Assembly: GCF_058153355.1 (NCBI RefSeq)
Contig: NZ_CM177019.1
Length of the DNA: 64,000 nt
Strand: one strand, 5' to 3'
The translations under genes were made by a program, and so were the position numbers. The notes below the pieces were generated by a model. It worked only from the letters and a program-made list of their open reading frames with translations. It ran no database searches and was not told the DNA's origin. This document shows positions 16,648-27,463 of this stretch, piece by piece (positions within the stretch are counted from its first letter, which is position 1; every line of letters begins with the position of its first letter).

Positions 16648-17401
16648 GTTGTCACCCTGGACCTGGTCGTACATTTAAGAAATTAAATCATTTCAACTTG
16701 GTTGTTAACGCAACCTGTATTTTGTTAACGCCGCGTTACGATGGAAAGTATGTCTGCGGAAATATTTTTAATAACTCACCCGCGCGTTGTATTTTTCTTT
16801 TTTTGTTCATACCAAAGTATTAAAACCCACGTAAATACGCTGTTATCTACGCAAAAAAAATATTTTGTTTTCTTTCAAATTTCGGTTTTCCGCAATCAAA
16901 AATCACCAGACAGTCATTCTTCTTGCCCGTCGCTGATTGCTGCGATATGTATTGCGCACAAGCCGTGACAAACCTCGTCTTTTTGCAGTAAAAAATTGTC
17001 CACGGAGGTGTGGAGAAAAAACAAGAACGTTTTACATGACGAAAGGACTACACCGAAATATTTTTATATGCATTATTAGCAAGTTAGCACCATTTGTATG
17101 ATTTTTTAAAATTGTGCAAGAAAAACCAAATGTACAACTTTTCTATCATTTCTAAACTTAATAAAACCTTCAGATTAACATTTTAATATAACGAGTTACA
17201 TTTAGTTACATGTTTAACACTTGATTTAAGATTTGTAATGGCTAGATTGAAATCAGATGTAATCCATTAGTTTTATATTTTACCCATTTAGGGCTGATTT
17301 ATTACTACACACAGCAGTGCAACATCTGTCAGTACTTCTGGTGCTTCTATTTTAGAGGCAGCTGTCAGGTGTGCGATCAATAAAAAAAGCGGGGTTTCAT
17401 C
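16648..17401. promoter_or_regulatory. csgBAC / csgDEFG divergent intergenic control region (about 750 bp, AT-rich)
   Basis: long AT-rich spacer between divergent csgB and csgD; position corresponds to the well-studied curli regulatory region; individual binding sites not mapped here. Confidence 0.75.
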
Positions 17402-18052
<651 letters not shown>

Positions 18053-18056
18053 AGCC

Positions 18057-18446
18057 ATGAAACGTTATTTACGCTGGATTGTGGCGGCAGAATTCCTGTT
18101 CGCCGCAGGGAATCTTCACGCCGTTGAGGTAGAAGTCCCGGGCTTGTTAACTGACCATACTGTTTCATCTATTGGCCATGATTTTTACCGAGCCTTTAGT
18201 GATAAATGGGAAAGTGACTATACGGGTAACTTAACGATTAATGAAAGGCCCAGTGCACGATGGGGAAGTTGGATCACAATAACGGTCAATCAGGACGTTA
18301 TTTTCCAGACTTTTTTATTCCCGTTGAAAAGAGACTTCGAAAAAACTGTCGTCTTTGCACTGATTCAAACTGAAGAAGCACTAAATCGTCGCCAGATAAA
18401 TCAGGCGTTATTGAGTACGGGCGATTTGGCGCATGATGAATTCTAA
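18057..18446 (+). CDS. csgE: curli secretion specificity factor CsgE (129 aa)
   Basis: ORF 18057..18446; synteny. Confidence 0.9.
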
Positions 18447-18470
18447 ATAAAAAATTGTTCGGAGGCTGCA

Positions 18471-18887
18471 ATGCGTGTCAAACATGCAGTAGTTCTACTC
18501 ATGCTTATTTCGCCTTTAAGTTGGGCTGGAACCATGACTTTCCAGTTCCGTAATCCAAACTTTGGTGGTAACCCAAATAACGGTGCTTTTTTATTAAATA
18601 GCGCCCAGGCACAAAACTCTTATAAAGATCCGAGCTATAACGATGACTTTGGTATTGAAACGCCATCAGCGTTAGATAACTTTACCCAGGCCATCCAGTC
18701 ACAAATTTTAGGTGGGCTACTGTCGAATATTAATACCGGTAAACCGGGCCGCATGGTGACCAACGATTATATTGTCGATATCGCTAACCGCGATGGTCAA
18801 TTGCAGTTGAATGTGACGGATCGCAAAACCGGACAAACCTCGACCATCCAGGTTTCGGGTTTACAAAATAACTCAACCGATTTTTAA
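18471..18887 (+). CDS. csgF: curli assembly protein CsgF (138 aa)
   Basis: ORF 18471..18887; signal peptide; synteny. Confidence 0.9.
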
Positions 18888-18913
18888 GCCCCAGCTTCAT
18901 AAGGAAAATAATC

Positions 18914-19747
18914 ATGCAGCGCTTATTTCTTTTGGTTGCCGTCATGTTACTGAGCGGATGCTTAACCGCCCCGCCTAAAGAAGCCGCCAGACCGACATTA
19001 ATGCCTCGTGCTCAGAGCTACAAAGATTTGACCCATCTGCCAGCGCCGACGGGTAAGATCTTTGTTTCGGTATACAACATTCAGGACGAAACCGGGCAAT
19101 TTAAACCCTACCCGGCAAGTAACTTCTCCACTGCTGTTCCGCAAAGCGCCACGGCAATGCTGGTCACGGCATTGAAAGATTCTCGCTGGTTTATACCGCT
19201 GGAGCGCCAGGGCTTACAAAACCTGCTTAACGAGCGCAAGATTATTCGTGCGGCACAAGAAAACGGTACGGTTGCCATTAATAACCGAATCCCGCTGCAG
19301 TCTTTAACGGCGGCAAATATCATGGTTGAAGGTTCAATTATCGGTTATGAAAGCAACGTCAAATCGGGCGGGGTTGGGGCAAGATATTTTGGGATCGGTG
19401 CCGACACGCAATACCAGCTTGATCAGATTGCCGTGAACCTGCGCGTCGTCAATGTGAGTACCGGCGAGATCCTCTCCTCGGTGAACACCAGTAAGACGAT
19501 ACTTTCCTATGAAGTTCAGGCCGGGGTTTTCCGCTTTATTGACTACCAGCGCTTGCTGGAAGGGGAAGTGGGTTACACCTCGAACGAACCCGTTATGCTG
19601 TGCCTGATGTCGGCTATCGAAACAGGGGTCATTTTCCTGATTAATGATGGTATTGACCGTGGTCTGTGGGATTTGCAGAACAAAGCAGAACGGCAGAACG
19701 ACATTCTGGTGAAATACCGCCATATGTCGGTTCCACCGGAATCCTGA
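18914..19747 (+). CDS. csgG: curli secretion channel lipoprotein CsgG (277 aa)
   Basis: ORF 18914..19747; lipobox LLSGC; synteny. Confidence 0.9.
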   Translation: MQRLFLLVAVMLLSGCLTAPPKEAARPTLMPRAQSYKDLTHLPAPTGKIFVSVYNIQDETGQFKPYPASNFSTAVPQSATAMLVTALKDSRWFIPLERQGLQNLLNERKIIRAAQENGTVAINNRIPLQSLTAANIMVEGSIIGYESNVKSGGVGARYFGIGADTQYQLDQIAVNLRVVNVSTGEILSSVNTSKTILSYEVQAGVFRFIDYQRLLEGEVGYTSNEPVMLCLMSAIETGVIFLINDGIDRGLWDLQNKAERQNDILVKYRHMSVPPES

Positions 19748-19753
19748 TAGATA

Positions 19754-19826
19754 AAAATGCCGGAATTAATAATCCGGCATTTTACTGTTTAAGCGAAAGC
19801 GTGAGTGCCCCTCACGCTTTATTTTT
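19754..19826 (+). terminator. two consecutive hairpins downstream of csgG (putative terminators)
   Basis: aaaatgccgga...tccggcatttt and gcgtgag...ctcacgc followed by tttattttt. Confidence 0.55.
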
Positions 19827-20303
19827 GATTTGCTGCTCACGGTGAGCCGTCTTTGCACTACGCGCCGCCAGCCACAAGCCGCTGTTTTTCATTGCGTAAC
19901 CAAATACCAGTCCAAGCGCCAGCGAAGGTAACACCAGTTTCCAGTCACCCTGCCCGGCAAACGTCGCGCATGCGCCTATAAACGTCCCCGGAACAAATGA
20001 AAGCAGCAGCTGTTTCGCCTGAATACACATCAGAAACGCGACAATACCGGTTATGACATAACCGAGAATTTCCAGATGTGGTGCCAGTGCACTACCGTAA
20101 ATAATGACCATCGCCCACACCACGCCACTAAGCAGGGTTGCAGCGGAGATCGCCAGCCCTTTCAGCCCACCTTGCGGGCAGGCAAAGTAGGCCGTACAGC
20201 CCAGGAAGCCCGCCCAGCTTAGTAAGCCCAGGGAAACAGCCACCCATCCCCAGATACCTGAGAGAATGCCTGTTGTGATTGCAATAGAGAGAAGTATGTT
20301 CAT
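19812..20303 (-). CDS. ycdZ: inner membrane protein YcdZ (DUF1097; 163 aa from Met MNILLSIAITT)
   Basis: ORF 19812..20351; polytopic hydrophobic; synteny. Confidence 0.75.
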   Translation of the reverse strand: MNILLSIAITTGILSGIWGWVAVSLGLLSWAGFLGCTAYFACPQGGLKGLAISAATLLSGVVWAMVIIYGSALAPHLEILGYVITGIVAFLMCIQAKQLLLSFVPGTFIGACATFAGQGDWKLVLPSLALGLVFGYAMKNSGLWLAARSAKTAHREQQIKNKA

Positions 20304-20404
20304 GCCGCGCATGATAGCAGAAAACGCGGCCATGAATGAGATCGAGCACACATTTTATGCAACAACAAATTATCTGTTGCAGTTATGAGTGATGGAGATC
20401 ACAT

Positions 20405-20959
20405 TTACTCTTCAGAATCTTCTTCCAGCTCGTCCCACATTGCACTAATAGCATCGCGGGTTAGCGGTGCCATGGTGCGCCAGAAAGGCGTAGTTGCATG
20501 GGCCTCCACTTTGCCAAGGAACGCACCACACCAGGGTAACAGATACTCACTGAACAGTGTTTCCAGTGCTTCGCTCTCATCTTCCGTTGACTGATCTTCC
20601 AGCCAGGAAGCCGCGAGCAGCAATGTACCGATGTGATCGGCTGGCGTATCCGCTAATGGCATCCCTCGTTCGGAAAGAAAAGCGCGCACTTCCGCTTCCG
20701 TCGCGCCCTCAACCCATGCGCTACGATATGGCGGCACAGCACATTCATCGCCGATAAACAACGCATTGTATTCGGCAGAGACTTGCGCCATATCACAGCT
20801 TTTCTGTAAACGTGTCAGTAACTCATCCTGCTCCAGTGGCCAGTTCGCAGCCAGTTTCCCCTCACGAATCAGGGTAAACAGCGGCACCAGTAAAGGATCT
20901 TGCGGTTGGCGGTAATAGAGCGAACCCAGCACACGACAGAGGATAGAAAACTCGTTCAT
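20405..20959 (-). CDS. ycdY: TorD-family redox enzyme maturation chaperone YcdY (184 aa)
   Basis: ORF 20405..20959; synteny with ycdX. Confidence 0.8.
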   Translation of the reverse strand: MNEFSILCRVLGSLYYRQPQDPLLVPLFTLIREGKLAANWPLEQDELLTRLQKSCDMAQVSAEYNALFIGDECAVPPYRSAWVEGATEAEVRAFLSERGMPLADTPADHIGTLLLAASWLEDQSTEDESEALETLFSEYLLPWCGAFLGKVEAHATTPFWRTMAPLTRDAISAMWDELEEDSEE

Positions 20960-20982
20960 TAATATATTTCCATTACTAGTAA

Positions 20983-21720
20983 TTAAAGGTCTGCAAATTC
21001 CGCAATCGGTGCCATACCGCGAGATTCAAGGAAGTTCAGTAAGCGGCGCGGAGAAACATTCAAAATGCGCTCTGGCGGAAAATCTACCGCGTCGAGGATT
21101 TTAAGACACTCTTCAAATTCACCCATGGTAAACGCGGTGTGAGAATCCGAGCCTAATGCCACCCAACCTCCAGCGTCACGTACCGCTGCGGCTACCGCAC
21201 GACAGTTGTCTTCACTGCCCTTACGTGAGTGTAAAAATGAGGAATTATTGATTTCCAGCGCCACCTGATGTTTCGCAGCTGCTTCAGCAACGGCTTTAAC
21301 ATCTATTTCATATTTCGGATTTCCGGGATGGCTTATTATATGCACATTGCCGCTGGCGATAGTGGCGATCATCGCTTGCGTATTGGTCGCTTTGTCATGC
21401 GGCGCAAACACCGGCTCATGAAAACCGGCAATAATCAGATCCAGCGAATCAAACATTTTGCCACTGCAGTCAATTTCACCGTCAACATTTTTAATGTTAG
21501 CTTCGATGCCGCGCAGGATCCCTACCCCATCAACCACTCGCGGCCAGATACGCATGTTAATGAAGTGCCAGTGATGCGGCGCATCTTCCATATCCGGGCC
21601 ATGATCGGTGATCGCAAAAAGTTTAATGCCCTTTTGTTTGGCCTGGGCAATGTAATCACTCAATGTGCTATATGCATGCGTGCTGGCAACGGTATGCATA
21701 TGAAGGTCGACGGGATACAT
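20983..21720 (-). CDS. ycdX: PHP-domain zinc phosphatase YcdX (245 aa)
   Basis: ORF 20983..21720; N-terminal His-rich metal motif [14 protein letters not shown]. Confidence 0.85.
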
Positions 21721-21774
21721 AACTCTCTCCTGTATTCAATTCCCGCCAAGGATAGCAGGAAACCTGATGCTTTA

Positions 21775-22752
<978 letters not shown>

Positions 22753-22946
22753 TTATCGTTATGATCTACAAAGGCCACCAGCATAACAAATCCGTGGTCG
22801 GTGGCAAAAAAAGCAGATTTCGCTTATTAAAACTGCATATTGATTGAAGTTTGAATAAACGCGCGATTTTTTTAAAAAGTTTGTTGACCTCAGGTCATGA
22901 TTTCCCTAAATTAGCGCCCGTTCCAGCAAGACAGGAACGACAATTT

Positions 22947-23034
22947 GGTGAGGTGTCCGAGTGGCTGAAGGAGCACGCCTGGAAAGTGTGTATACGGCAA
23001 CGTATCGGGGGTTCGAATCCCCCCCTCACCGCCA
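22947..23034 (+). tRNA. serX: tRNA-Ser (anticodon GGA), 88 nt with long variable arm
   Basis: ggtgaggtgtccgagtggctgaaggagcacgcctGGAaa...gggggttcgaatcccccctcaccgcca; cloverleaf by eye, CCA-encoded 3' end. Confidence 0.9.
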
Positions 23035-23480
23035 TCTTTAAAGAAGAGCTCGTACGAAAGTACGGGCTTTTTTTTTCGTATATTGCACACACCGGGGGGA
23101 TGAGAAGCCCCGACAGGGGTTCGACAACTGGCGACAGCCAGTTGGACAGACCGTGAACGCAGTGAGCGGGCTGCCCGCAGGGCGAGCGAAGCGAGTCAAT
23201 CCCCCCCTCACCGCCATCTTTAAAGAAGAGCTCGTACGAAGGTACGGGCTTTTTTTTCGTATATTGCACACACCGGGGGATGAAAAGCCCCGACCGGGGT
23301 TCGACAACTGGCGACAGCCAGTTGGACAGACCGTGAACGCAGTGAGCGGGCTGCCCGCAGGGCGAGCGAAGCGAGTCAATCCCCCCCTCACCGCCATCTT
23401 TAAAGAAGAGCTCGTACGAAGGTACGGGCTTTTTTTTCGTATATTGCACACACCGGGGATGAAAAGCCCTGACCGGGGTA
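23016..23480 (+). repeat. tandem direct repeat array, about 2.6 copies of a ~180-bp unit, each unit beginning with a 19-nt copy of the serX 3' end and a hairpin+T-run
   Basis: aatccccccctcaccgcca recurs at 23016, 23198, 23378; following ~160 bp nearly identical between copies, with internal 8-bp stem caactggc/gccagttg. Confidence 0.85.
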
Positions 23481-23485
23481 CTTAG

Positions 23486-24172
23486 TTAATGCAACGGTTC
23501 ACCCTTTGTCGCCGCGGCTAATGGGCGAATTTTGTCACGGGTATCCCAGACCGGAGGGATTTCATCCAATTTAGTGACAGAAGCTCGTACAAAAGGCACC
23601 CGTGCAATAGTCATAATCGTATTCAACCAACGGTCACGAATAATGCGATCTGCCCTTTCATGACTCGGATCATCCAGCTCAATAACACAGACTATTTTAT
23701 TGTTCTTCTTTGAAACCAGAACATAATCCATTGCCATTCCATTATAAATTGCAAAGAAACGCTTTCTTTCTTCTTCGCTAAACTCGGGTTGTTCTGGAAA
23801 GTTGATCAAGCGCCCCAGAGAGACCTGGCAATGGATATGGCAATAATGTCCAAACCATTTCTCCAGATTATCGAAATAGATTTTCTCACAACGCGTAATT
23901 AACCACTCTTTTCCTTCCAATAAAATGCCTTCGGCAACCATTCCCTGAAATAACTCATCTCGTTCTTGCCAACGAGAATCACGATAGGTTTTCTGCGGTG
24001 TATAGCTCCTTGTCGACGCCTTAACAGCAGGGGAAGTTGCAGATGAAGGGACTGGTTGCAATTTAGTGATGATTACCGATGAGGCAACTTTTCGGAGTGT
24101 CAATTTTCTGGCAACAGCAAAACCGGCGACAAATGCAATTGTCAAACAAGTTACAAAAACCATAAAGCTCAT
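23486..24172 (-). CDS. orphan membrane-anchored protein with putative DUF2726 / PD-(D/E)xK nuclease-like C-terminal domain (228 aa)
   Basis: ORF 23486..24172 with AGGTGA Shine-Dalgarno; N-terminal TM helix; C-terminal motif AMDYVLV...KIVCVIELDDPSHE resembles the D..(D/E)LD..H signature I associate with DUF2726; not a gene I recall at this K-12 position. Confidence 0.55.
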   Translation of the reverse strand: MSFMVFVTCLTIAFVAGFAVARKLTLRKVASSVIITKLQPVPSSATSPAVKASTRSYTPQKTYRDSRWQERDELFQGMVAEGILLEGKEWLITRCEKIYFDNLEKWFGHYCHIHCQVSLGRLINFPEQPEFSEEERKRFFAIYNGMAMDYVLVSKKNNKIVCVIELDDPSHERADRIIRDRWLNTIMTIARVPFVRASVTKLDEIPPVWDTRDKIRPLAAATKGEPLH

Positions 24173-24721
24173 AATTAATCTTCACCTATCCATGTTGATT
24201 ATATTTCATTACTAACGCTACTCGCTGTAGCGAGTTACATGCCAACAATTCAACGATCCATATATAGTTAGTATCATGTTTTGATTATTACAACCATACC
24301 TATTTTGCCATTGCGGCTTGCCGTCCACAAAAAATAACAACACAAAATATTAGCCAAAGAATTAATTAAGATTAACCTGACATTTTTAATGTTATCCCTA
24401 AAAAATATAATCAGGGGAATGTATTCGGTGTTAATCAATCAGCCAAATTATGGTCCATTATTGATGGAACCTCATACGCAAAATTGGCACCAGACCTCCT
24501 GTACAGGTTGAATGGCTGAAAAAAGATAAGCAGATGCTCGCTTTTTGGGCTTCTGGAAGAAAAACTCTCCGCACTGGCGGTATTACACTGGTCTGGTGCT
24601 ATGACGACAAATGCCCGGTAAGAGTATCTAAACCTGAATTCATTTCAGCTTATCAACACGCTCAAAGTCGCCCCCTGAACGTTAACCTGAAGTGAAAATC
24701 TTTGCTGTTAATGAAATAAAA

Positions 24722-24745
24722 CAAAGCCCGGTTCGCCCGGGCTCT
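24722..24745 (-). terminator. hairpin downstream of phoH (putative terminator)
   Basis: agcccggttcgcccgggct inverted repeat just 3' of the phoH stop. Confidence 0.5.
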
Positions 24746-24760
24746 GCGCCGATAATACAC

Positions 24761-25684
24761 TTAACTGTATGCATGTAGCGTACGTTGGCAAAGTGCTGAA
24801 CGTACGCAATCCTCTTTACCGAATCGGACGATCCCGACCATTTCATCTTCTTCGAAACGTTCCAGCGCGTCACTTAATCCGGAGCGCACGCCGCGAGGTA
24901 AATCGCATTGCGTGATATCACCGTTGACAATAACCGTCACGTTCTCCCCGAGGCGGGTTAAAAACATTTTCATTTGCGCGGCAGTCACATTCTGCGCCTC
25001 GTCAAGAATGACGACTGCATTTTCAAAGGTACGTCCACGCATATAGGCGAACGGCGCAATTTCCACCTTCCCTATTTCCGGTCGCAGGCAGTACTGCATA
25101 AAGGAAGCCCCTAAGCGACGGACCAGCACGTCGTAGACCGGGCGAAAATAGGGAGCAAACTTTTCTGCGATATCACCAGGTAAGAAACCAAGATCTTCAT
25201 CGGCTTGCAGAACTGGACGGGTGACGATAATCCTGTCGACATCCTTATGTATCAGGGCCTCTGCCGCTTTTGCGGCACTGATCCAGGTTTTTCCGCACCC
25301 GGCTTCGCCGGTGGCGAATATCAGCTGCTTACTCTCAATAGCCTTCAGATAGTGCAATTGCGCTTCATTTCGCGCGAGGATGGGCGAGGTATCGCGACTG
25401 TCGCGGGCCATACCAATGGCTTCTACGCCGCTCATCTGCACAAGCGAGGTGACCGATTCTTCTTCACGCTGCTTATGGCTGCGCGAATCCCGTCTCAGCA
25501 CACGTTTTGCCTCGCGACGAGCTTTGATCACTGCTTTTTGTCTTCCCATGGAGAGCACCTTGAGTTGTTTGTATTCATCACACGCGCCGTTGGCAGCGCG
25601 ATTATGCGCACGAACATCAGAGGGTTGGCTTCCTTGTAAGCCATAGTTTGCTTTTGGATAAAATGCCGAAAAACGGCTACGCAC
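24761..25684 (-). CDS. phoH: PhoH, phosphate-starvation-inducible ATPase (307-aa ATG ORF; true N-terminus uncertain, see findings)
   Basis: ORF 24761..25684; Walker A GEAGCGKT and PhoH-family core; synteny next to efeB. Confidence 0.8.
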   Translation of the reverse strand: MRSRFSAFYPKANYGLQGSQPSDVRAHNRAANGACDEYKQLKVLSMGRQKAVIKARREAKRVLRRDSRSHKQREEESVTSLVQMSGVEAIGMARDSRDTSPILARNEAQLHYLKAIESKQLIFATGEAGCGKTWISAAKAAEALIHKDVDRIIVTRPVLQADEDLGFLPGDIAEKFAPYFRPVYDVLVRRLGASFMQYCLRPEIGKVEIAPFAYMRGRTFENAVVILDEAQNVTAAQMKMFLTRLGENVTVIVNGDITQCDLPRGVRSGLSDALERFEEDEMVGIVRFGKEDCVRSALCQRTLHAYS

Positions 25685-26014
25685 ACCGTTTGCGGCGTCG
25701 GTAACACGAGTAAAGAGAGGAAGTGAGAAAAATACAGAGTGACGAAGTTGCTACCGGAGGAGAAATCTCCGCGAGTGGTGGAGCCTTGCTTAACAAAACA
25801 TTGTCCAGAACAGGACGTTACCATCCGCGATCTCCATAGTGACTGACTATCACTGCCGGGAACTTCCGCTGCTACTTAATAAGTACAACAGATCTCGCAT
25901 TCATTGCAACAATATATTCACTTATATTTAACCATAAAACACCATTTCAGTGACATTAGTTTCTACTGGAAAGATGACAGAGTGATGACAGTGATGAAAA
26001 AAGCTGTGTGCTTT

Positions 26015-26180
26015 CAGCAGGATTCGCATCAGGCATCAACGCACGAACGCCGGATGCGGCGTGAACGCCTTATCCTGCCTACCGAACCCGCACCGATTGT
26101 AGGCATGATAAGACGCGCAAACGTCGCATCAGGCATCAGCGCACGAACGCCGGATGCGGCGTAAATGCCTTATCCGCCTC
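26015..26180. repeat. REP/BIME cluster (three or more REP units) between phoH and efeB
   Basis: repeated gccggatgcggcgtgaacgccttatcc and inverted copies. Confidence 0.7.
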
Positions 26181-26186
26181 TAAAAA

Positions 26187-27458
26187 TTAAACTCGCAATA
26201 ATGCGCTTCCAAGATAATCGTTCGCGTCCTTCACCCCCGGCAGCGCAAAAAAATAACCGCCGCCGATGGGTTTAACGTATTCCTCCAGCGCTTCACCATT
26301 GAGCCTTTTTTGTACTGTCAGGAAGCCCTTTTCCAGATCGTGTTGGTAGCAGACAAACAGCAACCCCATATCCAGTTGCCCGGAGTTGGTAACACCCAAC
26401 GAATAACTGTAGCCACGACGCAGCATCAGACTGGACTCGCTCTCCGTCGTGCGGGGATTCGCCAGCCGGATATGGCTGTCCAGCGCGATCACCTTCCCTT
26501 CCGGATCACTGGCGTAATCGGGAACATCATGCTCATGCTGCATTCCCAGCGGCGCACCGGTTTGCTTATCGCGACCAAAAATTGTCTGCTGTTCTTTCAG
26601 CGGCGTTCTGTCCCAAAATTCCACTCGAAACTGAATCAAACGCACCGCCTGGTAGCTGCCGCCGATAGCCCACGCAGGCTCCTGCTGATCTGCCGTCACC
26701 CACACTACTTTTTGCATCACTTTCGCATTTTGGCTGTCAGGATTAGCAGTGCCGTCTTTGAAACCCAGCAAATTAATCGGCGTCTCTTTGCCTTTACTAC
26801 GCGCTGCGTGATCGGAAATAAACCCTTCCCGCTTCCAGCGCACACTGAGCAAATCCGGCGTATGTTTGATGATATCGCGCAGCGCATGGATCACCGTGTC
26901 CTGGGTGTTGGCGCAAATTTGTAGCAACACATCACCATGACATAACGCCGCATCCAGCGAGTCGTTGGGGAAACGCGTCATCTTCTGCAACTTTTTCGGC
27001 ATCTGTGGCGCAAGACCAAACCGTTCATCAAACAACGAGTGACCAACTGACAACGTGATGGTGAGATTGTCGGGCGCAATGTAGCCGCCAAGAATGCCGG
27101 AATCGCGTGGTGGCAGGCGCGGATTTGGCGTTTCTGGTGCTGCTCCGCCCTGAGTCAGAAAAGCAAAACGCTGAGTCAACAAGCGAAACAATCGCTCAAG
27201 ATCAGCTTTATCGCTGGCAAGCACATCAAACGCCACCAGCATCATTGTCGCCTGCTGCGGCGTCAGAATACCCGCCTGATGTTCGCCATAAAACGGCTGC
27301 GCTTCACTGCGCGCATCCGGTGAAAGCGTCCCCGGCGCACTTAGTGGTTTTTGCGCATGCGCTACCGGGCAACTTCCCGCCAGTGCCAGCGCGCCAATCC
27401 CTTTCAGTAAACGTCGGCGTGACGGTTCATTCACGCCGTTTTCATCTTCATACTGCAT
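26187..27458 (-). CDS. efeB: Dyp-type haem peroxidase EfeB with Tat signal (423 aa)
   Basis: ORF 26187..27458; twin-arginine motif [13 protein letters not shown]; synteny. Confidence 0.9.
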   Translation of the reverse strand: MQYEDENGVNEPSRRRLLKGIGALALAGSCPVAHAQKPLSAPGTLSPDARSEAQPFYGEHQAGILTPQQATMMLVAFDVLASDKADLERLFRLLTQRFAFLTQGGAAPETPNPRLPPRDSGILGGYIAPDNLTITLSVGHSLFDERFGLAPQMPKKLQKMTRFPNDSLDAALCHGDVLLQICANTQDTVIHALRDIIKHTPDLLSVRWKREGFISDHAARSKGKETPINLLGFKDGTANPDSQNAKVMQKVVWVTADQQEPAWAIGGSYQAVRLIQFRVEFWDRTPLKEQQTIFGRDKQTGAPLGMQHEHDVPDYASDPEGKVIALDSHIRLANPRTTESESSLMLRRGYSYSLGVTNSGQLDMGLLFVCYQHDLEKGFLTVQKRLNGEALEEYVKPIGGGYFFALPGVKDANDYLGSALLRV

Positions 27459-27463
27459 AACGC

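Noticed and set aside
16741-16968. 75-aa ORF in the csgB-csgD intergenic region
   Set aside because: Falls in the known regulatory / csgD 5' UTR region; low-complexity, no RBS
23016-23480. Possible CRISPR array
   Set aside because: Repeat unit is ~180 bp with no short spacer/repeat alternation and no cas genes nearby; it is a tRNA-linked tandem duplication
22895-23485. Three overlapping ORFs (184 aa and 137 aa on -, 110 aa on +) across the serX-adjacent region
   Set aside because: They are generated by the tandem repeats (internally repetitive proteins), overlap the tRNA, and lack independent start signals; treated as repeat artefacts
24682-24873. 63-aa ORF overlapping the phoH 3' end
   Set aside because: Out-of-frame overlap with phoH and its terminator hairpin
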